From the NCBI RefSeq assembly GCF_006345805.1, contig NC_043008.1, positions 30,876,001-30,940,000 of the forward strand: 64,000 nt of DNA, given 5' to 3'. Source of the DNA: Octopus sinensis (taxonomy: Eukaryota). This document shows positions 13,961 to 27,714 of this stretch, one piece after another (position 1 is the stretch's first letter; each line of letters opens with the position of its first letter). The notes under the pieces are model-generated. The model was not told the origin of the DNA. It did no database searches and saw only the letters and a program-made list of their open reading frames with translations. The position numbers were made by a program, and so were the translations under genes.

Positions 13961-14469
13961 TGCATTATATACTACAAAGAACAAAAAGCAGTTTCCTCAC
14001 ATCATAGGTTTTACACATGCCATACCAACGAAGCACCTTCACGCGAAATAGAACTGCTAAAACTAAAATACCATTTTTATAAAAAGAGGCGAGTGTAGAA
14101 AGAATTGCTTCAACAAATAGGAATGGTATTTTGTAATGGTGTGCAGCAGTCTTTTAATATTTATATACTGACATTTCTTTCCAAAAATAAACTTAACATT
14201 CCACCAATAATATTATTTAAGGCAGAAGAATTTATGACACCATAGAATAAAGAAAAATGACTGCTGTTCATTCTGAGAGAGACTGAACCAAAAACGTCCT
14301 ACTACAACTTTTTAATAGCGTCCAGTGAAGTGGCATCCATTGTTGTAATTTGGCAAAAGGCTATTCTAACTTAAGGTGAAAACTATTCACTAATAAGTAT
14401 TCTAAGCTACATCTGCAAATTATTCATTATTATCCTTGCTTTTCGTATAAAAAAGGACATCTGCTTCTA

Positions 14470-14625
14470 CTTTCCTCCTTCTCAGGCTGCCTACCAGAGT
14501 GAAAGAGGTACAAGAAAAATATATTTTCCTTGCAGCAAAATATAGCGAAATCTGTTGAATTCAGCAAGCCACTTCATGTTGTCTTCATCGATTTTTACCG
14601 TTGTTTTTGAAAGTATACACTTCTC
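14470..14625 (+). mobile_element. RTE-like LINE reverse transcriptase fragment
   Basis: LLPSQAAYQSERGT...IAKSVEFSKPLHVVFIDF matches the QxGFRxxRGT...EKxxExxKPLxxxFIDFxKAFD region. Confidence 0.65.
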
Positions 14626-16340
14626 GTCGCAAAGTTCAAGAAGACAATCCTATTTAAAAGGATAACATTCCTCTCCTTAAACCTAGATAGAAATTTCACA
14701 ATCTATTATTAAGGCTAAAGTTGGCACAAGCATATTTGTGGACAAATTGAAAAGTGTTAAGCAAGCGGACATTTTGTTGGCTATTCTTGTCTACGAAGTA
14801 TTGGTTGCAGTTATATCTATTAAAAGCAGATGATGTTGCTGACAGCTAACGCAAATGAAATGGGTCACCAAATTTATGTTAACAAGATTGAGTGGATGAT
14901 TTGAGATAAGAACGTAACTAAACCTTGAAATAACAAGTTATAGCAGACCTTAGAAGTTTTCTTCGACTACAGAAATGCATTAACATGAGCATCTTTTCAA
15001 AGTGCAAACACATTTTGTAATCAAATTGCTCACCAATTAAATTCGGAGTATGTATGCATTAGATTGTGTCACTTGGTCTTCGAAGGTTGAAGTCTTTCAA
15101 TGTCATGTCACGAGATTTATTAGTGTTAAACACCTAGATAACAAGGATGAAATGCTAAATCTATGATAGAATTACACAACTACAACCAATTTTAAGAAAT
15201 AGTAAATATAAGTCCTGAAAACTGGCTTCCTCAATGAGAAAGTCAATATAAAGACTGTGTCAATTGTGACTGAAATAGAAAAACAAGTGAACAATGTAAC
15301 CGAAGCAGTAACTGTCACGCTCTGACCGAATTCCTAATGATCCTTTCCGCTGTGATCACCACTAGAATCTAAATCTAAAGAATCTATAGGAAAGACTGTG
15401 ATTAGTGGAATAGAGTGTGTTCTATGGATTTCAGTCAGACAATGACATGGTATAACTGGAAACAGGGAAATGAATGCGGGTCGTATCTCGTCATTCTTTC
15501 GACAGCGAGTGTACCTTAGAACTACTTGCTCAAAGCTGACCAGAGGTTATTCAAAAGCGATTATCTCTGAAAAGAGAGAAAGGAAGGAAAAGAAACCGTT
15601 TCGGAAATTTTAACTTTCCAAACCGGTTTCTTTTCTTCGGTTATACTGCTCACTTGTTTTTCAATTTCAATCATAATTGGCACAATCTCTATATTGACTT
15701 TCTCATTGATCCCTTTTCTTGACCCATGTCAATAAGCCAGATGGGCTTTTAATAATTATTTTCTAAACTGAAGCTATGAAGTTTACCGTGGGGAGTCCAT
15801 TCAACAATGACCTGATGGAATTTCTGACGACATGCAGGAGAAGGATCGTATTGAGGTAGCGATGGCTTGCGAAGCGATGAGGAACAGGGTATAAAAAATC
15901 ATGCGAAGAGACGAAGAGCAGAGTATGAAAAAAATCCCTGCTAGTGAAAGCCATACCAACAATCCTTGAGCAACTGTACAGCAAATACGGGGAGATATAT
16001 GAGCTTCTCTTTAATCACTTCGACAATTCAAGACTTACAGAAATCACAGATATAGTTATTTTGAGCACTGTAGAATGTACATGGAATAACAAGGTAGTGA
16101 GAGCTGAAGAGCGCTTTAATTTATTTCATGTTGCGGTATTTTCCTCTGTGTGTGAATGAGAGAGTGGATATGTAATTTCTAATTATATCTATGTTTTCTG
16201 TAATGTTATAGTAATTATTTGTAACTGTTTTAATCAAGTAAATAAAAATTTCAGCTTCGGTATCGTTTATATATAACTTTGTTGTAAATTACACAAGTTC
16301 TCGTCTCCCTTTTTAGGAACTTTATTGCATGTACGAATGT

Positions 16341-16341
16341 T

Positions 16342-16418
<77 letters not shown>

Positions 16419-16430
16419 CAGCAGCAGTAG
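16341..16430. repeat. Compound (CAG)n(TAG)n microsatellite
   Basis: Direct reading of the sequence. Confidence 0.95.
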
Positions 16431-16689
16431 TAGTGGCAGTTGCAGCAGCTAGTGCTGGCTTCAGCAATTTTAAACGACAACAACCATAAAAAAACACGAA
16501 TAAAATCTTGTATAAGATTTGAGTCATTTTGCGTTGAGGAGACGGAAGACGAAAATACTTCAAAAGGCAGTTGATAATTTCTCAGCAACAAATAAAAAAC
16601 ACAGAACGATAATCGGCATGGAAAAAAAAAGACGTCCATTGGAGATTTCTATAATAAATGCTACATAATAATAAATAGGTTTACTTCAT

Positions 16690-16876
16690 CTACTTTTTCT
16701 TCTTCTTCTTCTTTCTTCTTCTTCTTCTTTTCTTCTTCTTCTTCTTCTTCGTCTTCTTCTTCGTCTTCTTCTTCTTCTTCTCTTCTTCTTCTTTCTTCTT
16801 CTTCTTCTTCTTCTTCTTCTTCTTCTTCTTCTTCTTCTTCTTCTTCTTCTTCTTCTTCTTTTTCTTTTTCTTCTCC
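16690..16876. repeat. (CTT)n microsatellite
   Basis: Long, slightly interrupted CTT array. Confidence 0.95.
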
Positions 16877-17199
16877 ATAAAGGGAAACTATTCACCATGC
16901 TATTTTCTTCATTTAGAAAGTCTGTTGCATTTATATTCATCTGATTCATCTTTTAAAGTATCTGTTCACTGAAGCACGAAAATTAAATCTCGGTGAAACT
17001 GATGCGGAATTCAAAAGCTGTTTGTTTGTTGGGCTTTTTGTGGGACGAAGGTCCTACTTCATAATCATCATTACCATCATGATCTTCTACTTCTTCATCA
17101 TCATCATCATCATCATCATCATATTTTCTCTCTCCTCCTTCTTTTTCATTATACTCATATCAACATCATTATCTTCTTCCTCCTCCCCCGGACAAAATA

Positions 17200-17900
17200 C
17201 TTAGCGGCATTTGTTCCCGCCTCATGTTATTAATTCAAATACCACCGAGTTTGATTTTGTCTTTCACCCTTTCAGAGTCGATAAAATAAGTTCCATTTTA
17301 GCACTGGGATTGGTGTATTCAATTACGCCCTCCCTCAAAATTGAAAACCTTGTAGCTACTAAAAAGATTGTTATTATCATTAAGGTGCTCAGAAAGGCAG
17401 CAACCTAGCAGAACCGTTAGCACATGGGGCAAGATGCATAGCGGCATTTCGTCCGTCTGTACATTCTAAGTTCAAATTCTGCTGAGGTCGAATTTGCCTT
17501 TCATATTTCGGGATCGTAAAATAAATATCAGTAGAGCACTGGGGTCGATGTAATCGACTTAACCTCTTTCCCAAACTTGTTTGCCTTGTGCCGAAATTCG
17601 AAACCATTATTAAGGTGCCGAGGGAGGCGATGAGCTAGCAGAATCACTACCGCACCGGACAAATTGCTTAATGACATTTCTTCCATGTTTACATTCTGAA
17701 TTCAAATGGCGCCGAGGTCGAGGTTACCGTTCATCGTTTCGGGATCGATAGAAGTTGAGCCCTGGGATTAATGTAATCGACTTCCCTTCCTCTCAAAAGT
17801 TTATTAAGGTTGGGAACAGGCAGAATCGATAGTGCATCAGGCAAAATGCTTAGCGGTGTTTCTTCCGGTGCTTTACGTCCTAAATTCAAATCATGCCGAG
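17200..17900 (+). mobile_element. Head-to-tail array of about four SINE family B copies
   Basis: Repeated GCAGAA...TTAGCG/TTAATG...TTCAAAT...GAGGTCGA...GATGTAATCGAC blocks starting near 17200, 17385, 17612 and 17805. Confidence 0.8.
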
Positions 17901-17906
17901 ATTATA

Positions 17907-18137
17907 CTCTCTCTTTTTACTTGTTTCAGTCATTTGACTGGGGCCATGCTGGAGCACAGCCTTTAGTCGAGCAAATCGACCCCAGGATATATTCTTTGTA
18001 AGCCTAGTACTTATTCTATCGTTCTCTTTTGCCGAACCACTAAGTTACGGGGACGTAAACACACCAGCGTCGGTTGTCAAGCGATGTTAGGGGGGACAAA
18101 CACAGACACACAAACATACACACACATACACACACAC

Positions 18138-18223
<86 letters not shown>

Positions 18224-18376
18224 CATCCATACATACATACATATACCAAATACACTCACAAGGCTTTAGTCGCCCCGAGGCTATTGTAGAAGATACTTGT
18301 ACAAGGTGCCACGCAGTGGGACTGAACCCAGGACCATGTGGTTCGTAAGCAAGCTACTTACCACACACCCACTCCT
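17907..18376 (-). mobile_element. SINE family A, full length, expanded internal (TA)n(GA)n
   Basis: Reverse complement of the 784-1189 copy. Confidence 0.9.
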
Positions 18377-18392
18377 ACTCCTATCTTCCAGT

Positions 18393-18715
18393 TTAGCACT
18401 GGAATCGATGTATTCGATTACGCCCTCCCTCACAATTGAAAGCCTTGTAGCTACTAAAAAGGTTGTTCTTATCATTAAGGTGCTGAGAAAGGCAGCTACA
18501 TCGCAGAGCCGTTAGCACACGGGGCAAGATTCTTAGCGGCATTTCGTCAAGATGCTTATCTTTACCTTTCATCCTTTTGGGGTCGATGTAATCGACTAAA
18601 CCCGTATTTCTTGTGACAGTGCAGGCTTTGTGCCAATAGTAGAAAGAATCATTTAATGCGGCAAGGTAGCAGAAACGTTAGCACGCCGAACAAAATGCTT
18701 AGCCGTATTTAGTCA
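18393..18715 (+). mobile_element. Continuation of the SINE family B array
   Basis: 18393-18548 duplicates 17298-17453; a further copy starts near 18655. Confidence 0.75.
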
Positions 18716-18723
18716 TTGACTGC

Positions 18724-19154
18724 AAGTTTCACTTGAAAAGGAAATCAAGAGTGGAAAGGGAAGTGCTATCCTCCAGTGAGCTTACTGAAAGGTGGGTGAA
18801 AGTTGTAATAATGGCAAGAGAGGATGGTACCTCTCTAAGCGTAGACCTGTGAGTTGGAGAGAAGGAATTGGAGAGTGCACTTGCTCCTGGAGTTTTAGAG
18901 AAATCCCGGACAGTGGGGTTCCTCAATTATCCCAAGAGGCCTTCCTCTATCAGGAGGGCCACATCTCTATCTTCCTCACCGTCACTTATTTTTAACCTTT
19001 GTATGCTACGCATATTTCACTTCTATTTCAGTGTATACCGTGTAGACTTATTTTTTTTCTGTTTTTATCACTTCACTATATGTAAACCCCTACACGTTAT
19101 GTCTATCTTTGTACTGTCCCCCTCATCGTTCGCCCTTGTGGCAAATAATTGAAA

Positions 19155-19155
<1 letters not shown>
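18724..19155 (+). mobile_element. L1/Tx1-like LINE 3' end (ORF2 C-terminus plus 3' UTR) running into (ATT)n
   Basis: 18724-18852 translates KFHLKRKSRVEREVLSSSELTERWVKVVIMAREDGTSLSVDL*, homologous to the C-terminus of the 24056-25096 ORF; the UTR ends GCCCTTGTGGCAAATAA, similar to the other copy's terminus. Confidence 0.8.
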
Positions 19156-19392
<237 letters not shown>

Positions 19393-19995
19393 TATTTGCC
19401 TCCTATCTTTCTTAATATTTCTACTCTCCCTTTTCTTTCTATTCTTTTAAAACTGCTACAGGTCGGGCTTTTTCCCTATGGTTATCATTGTAGTTGTTGC
19501 TCACTTTATATCTTTTTTCCTCTCTTTTCATGATCTCCTCCACTTTTTACCTTCTATTTTAATTCTTATTATTCTTATACTGCAATCTCTCTCTCTATTG
19601 TGAACTTAGTTCTGAGATAGTTGTATTCAACTCCTTATACCAGAAAGTTGATCCAGTTCTCTCGACATCTAAACGATTGTGAGACATGACACTTCCTTCA
19701 TAAAGAGCTAACTAACCACATTCATTGCAGTAGACAGTTCGAGTTCATTAGTAAAATCGAACAAACAGCTAACAGGTCGATAATATATGTGACCTATAGT
19801 AACCAGCCGAGTGACCACCACTCGGTTTTGATTCCTCCTGGTGTATGTTTCACTTCCGTGGCATCGTTAATACTTCCATGAAAGCCATAAACGTCACGCA
19901 GTCTCAATTCATCTTTCTCTTCTTTCACTCTCTCTTTCCCTGTCTCTCTTTCTGTCTGTTGCTCTCTTCCTCTTCTCTATTTCACTCGCTCTCTT

Positions 19996-20102
<107 letters not shown>

Positions 20103-20729
20103 TATATATAGATTGATAGATAGATAGATATATAAAGAGAGAGAGAGAAATGAATAAACATATATATATATATATATGTATATATATATGTGTGTGTGTG
20201 TGTATATATCAATACATATATATATATATATAAATTGGTATATATATACATATATATGCACATATATCAATACACATATATATATATTTAAATGTGCGTG
20301 TGCGCATGTGTATGTGCGCGCGTGTGTATGTGTGCGTGTGCGTGTGTGTGCGTCTGTGTGTGTGTGTGTCTGTGTGTCTGTGTATCTGTGTGTGTGTGTG
20401 TTTATTTCATCTAGGTGGTTCGTAAGAAATTAATTTCCTTGAAAATGATTTATATTTCCAGTGAAATAACGGTATATTTCACAACAAAGGAAATGCACGC
20501 ACGCGCGCGCACACATTTGCACACGAGTGTATGCACACGTATTTTGTATGAAGGTACACAAGTACTCACGTATACTCGGGAATACGTCTGTGGGTGTGGG
20601 TGTGGGTGTGTGGGTAGGTGTATGTGTGCATCTGTGACTGCCTGTGCGTATAACCAAATATATGGGTGTAAATATATAAATATATACATATATATATATA
20701 TATATATCTGCATGTATATATATATATGC

Positions 20730-20809
<80 letters not shown>

Positions 20810-21865
20810 ATATATATATGTATATATGCATACATATATGCGTTGATACGTAGATAAATGTATAGATATGTAAATGTGTATGTAGAAGAAAGACACACAG
20901 AAAAAGAAGGGAGAGAGAGAGGGGCGAGTTCAGTTCCCATTGGGGTCGGCCTCACCTTACATCTCTCTGGATTCGATAAAATAAGCGCCAGCAGTATATT
21001 TGTGTCTGCTCAATCAACTGTTCGCCTTACTTTGAACAATTGACCTTGTGTCTGTAGAAAAAATAAATCAATATTTGTCGTACGAATGTCGGTGTGTAAT
21101 TTCCTCATTTTTGCTCGTTAGACATAGCATTGCGTGAAGTTTGTTGAGCGGGTAAAGAATTGGTTAACTTGCCTCATAGGCCAGAGGTTCAAACAGCTTC
21201 TGATGTATTATGTCATGTTTCTGTACTGGATTCTTGATCTTGTATTATTACTTTAGCTCTATATTCTGTTGACAACTGGTGTTGTGATCAATCTGGGAAT
21301 GTGTTCAACACGTGACCTAACTCAAATCAATTCGTTCGGACCATCTCGTCATGTGTACAGAATTCAATTTTGGCCATTAGTTATTGTTATTTGCATTTGT
21401 GATGTTAATTGAGTCCTAGGTTATCCTTGATTAATCAAACCTGTAACGTTGCAACCTTGACTACTCATTTGTTTTCATCCATAATGCATAAAGATTATAT
21501 TTTCCAAACATCTTCCATATTTAAAACAGTGTGATGATACTTGAGAGAGATCTGTGTGTACTTCTAGCATATTAAATGAGCTTGTAAAGACTTAGTCACT
21601 TTTCTCGAACTGTTTAAAGTAGCTGATGAATCTCCTTCACACATACTCCCGCCGCCTTTTAAAAGCATCTGATACAGAAAAGATAGATGTATTATTCAAC
21701 AACAGAAAGCTGGATCGTACGGAATGATCATAGCAGAACCTGAAAGAGACGACTCTTCGTGAAACAGCTATGAACAACGTTAAAAGAAAATGAATGGGTT
21801 GTTGCTTAACTCCAGATGAGCACTTATCTACCAGACCCATATATTATCAAAGGTATTTTATCGTT

Positions 21866-22950
21866 CACGATCCTGTCATATTTTCGGTAAATCTGGGATT
21901 TTGCAATATTATTTAATTCACTCAGCTTTACATGTTTACACTTTTATCGCCTTCAAAGTATTCTCCATTTGAAACAATGCATCGGTCCAGAAGCATTTTC
22001 CACTGTTCGAGCAGTCCCGGAACTCTTGCAAAGTGATGTCTTTTAACGTCTCCGTCGTTTTTTCTTCACCTCTTCCACATCTACAAAATGCTTTCCTGTA
22101 AGAGTTTTTTTCATTCGGGGGAACAAAAAAAGCCCAGGGAGCAACATTGGGTGAATAGGGAGCGTGATTAAGCGGGGGTTATGCCATTTTTGGTCAAAAA
22201 CTCTTTCACAATTGAGGCGGTGTGTGCATGCTCCTCTTCACTTTACCACAAATCTGTGGGGACAATTCCTTTCGCATCGATAAAACAAACCATCATCTTC
22301 ATGACATTGGACTTCACTTGACGCGCTTTTTAAGGGGTTGTGGTGACATTTAATGCTTCCATTGAGTTGATTGCTGCTTCGTTTCTGGGTCGCAGCTGCA
22401 ACACCAGCTTTCTTCACCAGCGATGACCTACTAAAAAAAGGTCTGAATCAACTTTCACTTGTTCTTTCAGTTCACGACACGAATTCACTCGTGAGCAAAT
22501 GAGGCACAAATTTTGCTGCAACTCTTTTCATTTGCAATTCCTCGCTCAAAAGTCATTGGCAGGAGCTCCAGGACACACCTGTCATAACACGTTGGTTAAT
22601 TTTTCGGCGACGGTCCCCCAAGATCAGTTCACAAATTTTAGTGATGTTGTCATTCGTTCAGGATGTCGACAGTTGCCCTGAACGAGGTTGGTCTTCAAGC
22701 AACAAGTGCCCATTCCTAAAGCGTGAAAACCACTCGTAAACTTGTTTTTGCTCATAGTAGCGTTACTCTGTAAGCTATCTGAAGCATGATAACTGTTTCA
22801 GCCGCCGTTTTACCCAGCAGAAAACAGAATTTCACGGAATCACGCTGTTCCTTCGTTTCAACCAACGCAAAAATCGACGAACAGGGGAGAATCATTGCAA
22901 AACTAAGACGCACCGGGTGGTAGCACGAATACACATGAAGACGCCGGACA
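21866..22950 (-). mobile_element. Mariner transposon fossil
   Basis: N-terminal EQRDSVKFCFLLGKTAAETVIMLQIAY (in ORF 22752-23159) and C-terminal KTTETLKDITLQEF...DRCIVSNGEYFEGD in broken frames. Confidence 0.85.
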
Positions 22951-22954
22951 GAAA

Positions 22955-23040
<86 letters not shown>

Positions 23041-23145
23041 TGATAGATAAATAGATGAATAGATAGATAGATAGATAGATAGATGATAGATAGATAGATG
23101 ATAGATAGATAGATATATAGATAGATAGATATATATATATATATG
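22955..23145. repeat. (GATA)n then (TA)n microsatellite
   Basis: Direct reading. Confidence 0.95.
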
Positions 23146-23197
23146 AAAAAACAAGTCAAAAATAGAAAATGCTAAGATAATTTTATAGTGAATCTTT

Positions 23198-23235
23198 CAG
23201 TACCGGTTTCGGTCATTTTGAGACCTTTTCAACTG
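23198..23235 (-). ncRNA. Minimal type I hammerhead ribozyme candidate, U3-A8 core variant
   Basis: Minus strand: CAG-UUGAAAA-GGUC(UCAAAAU)GACC-GAAA-CCGGUA^CUG, giving stem I CAG/CUG, a 4-bp stem II, palindromic stem III ACCGGU and a GUA cleavage triplet. Confidence 0.65.
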
Positions 23236-23377
23236 TAACGATTAAATAATTACATTTAGAAAAATTAGAAGAAAAGTTTTTTTAAAAGAATATTTCTGTA
23301 GTAGTGTTCAGATATAAGTAGCATTCTGCCTTTCTCTGACTCCCTTGTTTGCACTTGTGTGTTCGAGGTCATATATA

Positions 23378-23530
<153 letters not shown>

Positions 23531-23531
23531 C

Positions 23532-23637
23532 TATGTTTCTTTATTAGCCGCACAGGGCTGCACACAGACGAGACAAATTACAAGGTAGAGATTTTCTTTT
23601 TGGGGATAAAAAAAGGGGGGGATAAAATGAAAAAGGG
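23532..23637 (-). mobile_element. Short second 3'-end stub of the Tx1-like LINE
   Basis: TATGTTTCTTTATTAGCCGCACAGGGCTGCACACAGA...CAAGGTAGAG nearly duplicates 23651-23710 and is separated from it by (GATA)3-4. Confidence 0.85.
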
Positions 23638-23650
23638 ATAGATAGATAGA

Positions 23651-23818
23651 TATGTTTCTTTATTAGCCACACAGGGCTGCACACAGATAGAACAAATTAC
23701 AAGGTAGAGCTTTTCTTTTGAAGGTATTAAAAAAAAAAAAAAAAAAAAAAAAGGAAGGGGGAGGTTCGATCAAAAGGGATCGTAAAAGGAGAGAAAGAGG
23801 ACAAAAATAAGGGGGGTT

Positions 23819-23849
<31 letters not shown>

Positions 23850-25095
23850 AGGAAAAAAAAATGATCAATAGGGATCGTTATCACAGAAATGTCAATATGA
23901 AGTGTAAAGGGGAGGACAGGTGAGGTTTACCCGTGGAAAGAAAAGCCTGCGGAAAAGACCACGGTAACCTCGGTCAATGAAGTCACATTTTATATTTCTT
24001 TTTTTTTTTTTTTTTTTTTTGCAAATAAGCAACTCTCTGTTTTCGATTTCTGGGTTCATAGGACTATGCTCAAGGTGGCTTCGTCATTCATACGTGCCAT
24101 TCTTGCTACATTCACCCATCTTTTTTTAAAACATTCGCTAGACAAAACTTGCCTCTCTACTCTCACTTTCCTTTTCAAGTGGTACTTGAAGAAGTTGATG
24201 AGAGATTGACCAGAGAGGAAAGTGTTTGTCTCCAATCCTTTCAGACGCGTCCACCAGATACATTCTTTCGCCATAGCCACAAGGATGATGAAAATAGCTC
24301 TTCCTTCCCGTTTGAAGGAAGGAGGCGTGACAATATTGACGATAGACTCAGCTGATAAACCGACTCGTCCCACACGTGACAGCAGTTGTTCGACATAAGC
24401 CCACAGGTCGGAAATTGTTGGACACTGGACGAGTGCGTGCAGAACGGTTTCGTCGCTCTGACCGCATCTCGGGCAGGTCGGCCCCGTGTTTCTCGAGCCG
24501 TGTCTGTAGAGCTTATCCCGAACGGGTAGCGCTTCTCGGTAGCACTGCCAGGCCAGGGATCTCTGGAAGTTGTCCATGGGCCCTGGCCCGAAAGTCGTCC
24601 CGAACAGGCGGGTCAGGTACTCCTCGTCGACGTCCAGGTTCGCCCCGAGCTCGTCGTCGTACCTCCCCTCCACTAAACCCCTATAGAATGCTTTGGTTGT
24701 GTTGAAGTCACTTAAGGTCGACCCAGGACGGCAGAGTTGCTTGAGAGCAACGCGACACTCGCGGTGCCATTCGCCCTTCCTCGGCCTCTTTTTGATCCAC
24801 GACTGCAGTTCGGTCATGGAGACGAGCTGCGGGAAAGCGTGCCTCACAAACGGCGACCACACCTGTTCACCGTCGTCTACATAGAGCCAGAGATGTCGCA
24901 GTCTCAGCGCGTGTCTGCGCATCATCAACCACGGCATGCCCAGCCCTCCTTTTAACGGGTGTTGACAGCAAATGGATCGCCTGACCATCGGGACGCATCC
25001 TTTCCACAAGAAGCGAAAGAGGATGCGTTGTAGTTTGGTGATGGTAGGGTCGGGACAAGGTACGACGGTCAGGCGGTAGTAGATGACGGACGCGA

Positions 25096-25096
<1 letters not shown>
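23651..25096 (-). mobile_element. 5'-truncated L1/Tx1-like LINE with an intact ORF2 C-terminal region (post-RT, zf-RVT/CCHC)
   Basis: Frame open from 25096 to the stop at 24056 (346 codons: IASVIYYRL...KGGLGMP...CPRCGQSDETVLHALVQC...); GC-rich relative to flanks; 3' UTR ends AATAAAGAAACATA then (TCTA)n. Confidence 0.93.
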
Positions 25097-25257
<161 letters not shown>

Positions 25258-25269
25258 ACCGTTCACAAG

Positions 25270-25452
25270 CCGAAGAAAATACTTAGCGGCATTTTGTTTG
25301 TTTTTATGTGCCCAATTCATGCTTCACCTTGATCGACCTTGCCTTTCTACCTTTCGGTGTCGATAAAAGAAGTATCAGTCAACAACAAGCGTAGCTGTAA
25401 TTGACTTACCCCTTCTCTCGAACCTGCTGGCCTTGTGCCAAAATTTGAAACT
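25270..25452 (+). mobile_element. SINE family B copy followed by (CAGA)n(GATA)n
   Basis: TTAGCGGCATTT...CTTGCCTTTC...GGCCTTGTGCCAAAATTTGAAAC. Confidence 0.75.
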
Positions 25453-25504
25453 TAAACAGACAGACAGACAGACATACAGACAGACAGGCAGACAGACAGA
25501 CAGG

Positions 25505-25608
<104 letters not shown>

Positions 25609-27714
25609 CAGGTCCAGTATTATACTGATTCTCTTAATCCACTACCCTCCAAACAATTATAATTTTATTCCCTTATTAGGATGCTACAAGACCACGACTT
25701 TGGGAAGAGTCAGTCAATTAAATGAGCCCTAGTATTTGAATAATGTTTTAATCTATCTACCCTGGGAAAGGAAATAAAGTTTTGGCAATATTAGAACTCA
25801 GAACGTAAAGAGATTCAACTAAATACCGCCAAACATTTTCTCCGATGCTCTAAATATTCTTGCAATCTAATACATTCTATCTCAGGCATTTAGAAACGTA
25901 ATTCTATATGAATCTTGGTAACAACGATACTCAGGTTCGTGAAATAATTTTATGTCAACAAGGGATAGTTTTTTAATGACTTAGGAACCACGTTCATTTG
26001 TGGGATATCAGCTGTTATTATTAGGGAGACGGGTAACTACTAAAAGGCTGATTTTGTAGCTCATTATATATTGGCTAACAACTTAACACTTAGCAATCAT
26101 GTTGGTCTGAGAGATATTGGCTGTTGTTTTCATCTGATCATGCGACTGCTAAGACACCGTCTTTCACGCTCATTGCAGTGACAATTATTATTTTGTTATT
26201 TAAACGGTAGAATGCGTTTTGAAGATGATTTTCCAACTATTTCTAGCAACACTGCCGCTCGGTTCGTGTTAATGAAATATGTAAATGCATGAGATTGAAA
26301 ACAAATCGGTGGCGCAAGGTCGAATGAATTGGAAACTGATTGAGGATTAGCTTGTTAGTTTAAATCAGGAGAATCGAATCTTATCCACGCACAAAAGCAG
26401 CGTTTAATACAATAGAATGGAAGGAAATAAGAGCTGGTGTTGCCATCGTCGTTATTGTTGTCGTTGTTGTCGTTGTCATTTAGCCCCAAGCCAGAGCTGA
26501 TCCAACCGAACGATGATTAAAGGTATTCAGCCATGTATATTCCAATATATTTTTGCCGGCATAGTACTTCTCGAACTACATTAACCAACATGTATTTTCC
26601 TTAAAATCGGTAGGATAAACTCTGAAAGAAATTTTGGTTGCTATTTCTAGCAAGTTGAGCGAGCATAAAACGTTTCCCTCCAACTTCGTTGTCTCGCATA
26701 GCTGGTCAATGCAGACAGAGGAGTCTGTTGTGGAGTGCAGAACTAATTAGAAATTTATTTAAGAATAGTTTGCTAGTTTACGTCACATAGATCGAATCCT
26801 GTTTACTCACCACAAAAGCAGAATTAAATACGATAGAACGGAACAAAATAAAGTAAAACAGAATGGAAAGATGTTTCTCAGAATGTTCACCGGTTATCGA
26901 TCGAAGAATTAATTCGAATAACAAGACAAATGCTTCTTCTTCTATTACTCTGTTGACTGCCGAACAAACTGCGATCGTATAATTCCAGTCATTTCAATTA
27001 TTCAGTGTTGATATAGAGACTTTGGCGTAATGACAACATTTTCCAAGGTGGAAAACAAAATTGAGCTAAATATAGTGTAATCCGATTGATGCGTCTATTA
27101 GTAAACGTAACGTAGATTACAAGCAGTTGAAGTCAAAGTTTATCAAAGAGAAAGGGAGAGAGAGAGAGAGAGAGAGAGAGAAATTTAGTTTGTTCTGAGT
27201 TGATGTTATTTCTAAATGAAAGCAACATGTGTGTATGTGTGTGTGCAATTGTGTATGCATGCATATTGCTAGGTATATAGATACATATAAATATGTATAT
27301 TTATGTATGTACATATGTATGGGTGTGTTTAAATATATACCTATGTATACGTGTGCGCACACAAATAGTAGTGGATCTCCATCGTTCGACGAAGAGGATT
27401 CGCTTGAACGAATAACTGAATAATCTGCTCCTAAATTAGCCTGTCAGTAGCTTAACATTTCACAGACATGTACTTCTAACTTAATTTTCAAGCGGACTCA
27501 GTGTTTAACTAAGCTGTACTTTCGGAAAGAAAAATGCAATTCACATATGCATATGCATACCTACATACATATATATATATAAATATACAAATATATATAT
27601 GTGTTTGTATGTACATACGTATGCATATATGTATACACATATATATATATGCATATGTACCTGTAAATACATAAACACACATATATATATATATATGTGT
27701 GTGTAAATGTAAAA

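Noticed and set aside
18729-19152. Listed ORFs 18729-18926, 18792-18995 and 18868-19152
   Set aside because: The meaningful frame is the unlisted plus-strand Tx1 C-terminus (18724-18852); the rest is its 3' UTR.
24149-24955. Several plus-strand ORFs in GC-rich sequence
   Set aside because: Antisense frames of the Tx1-like ORF2.
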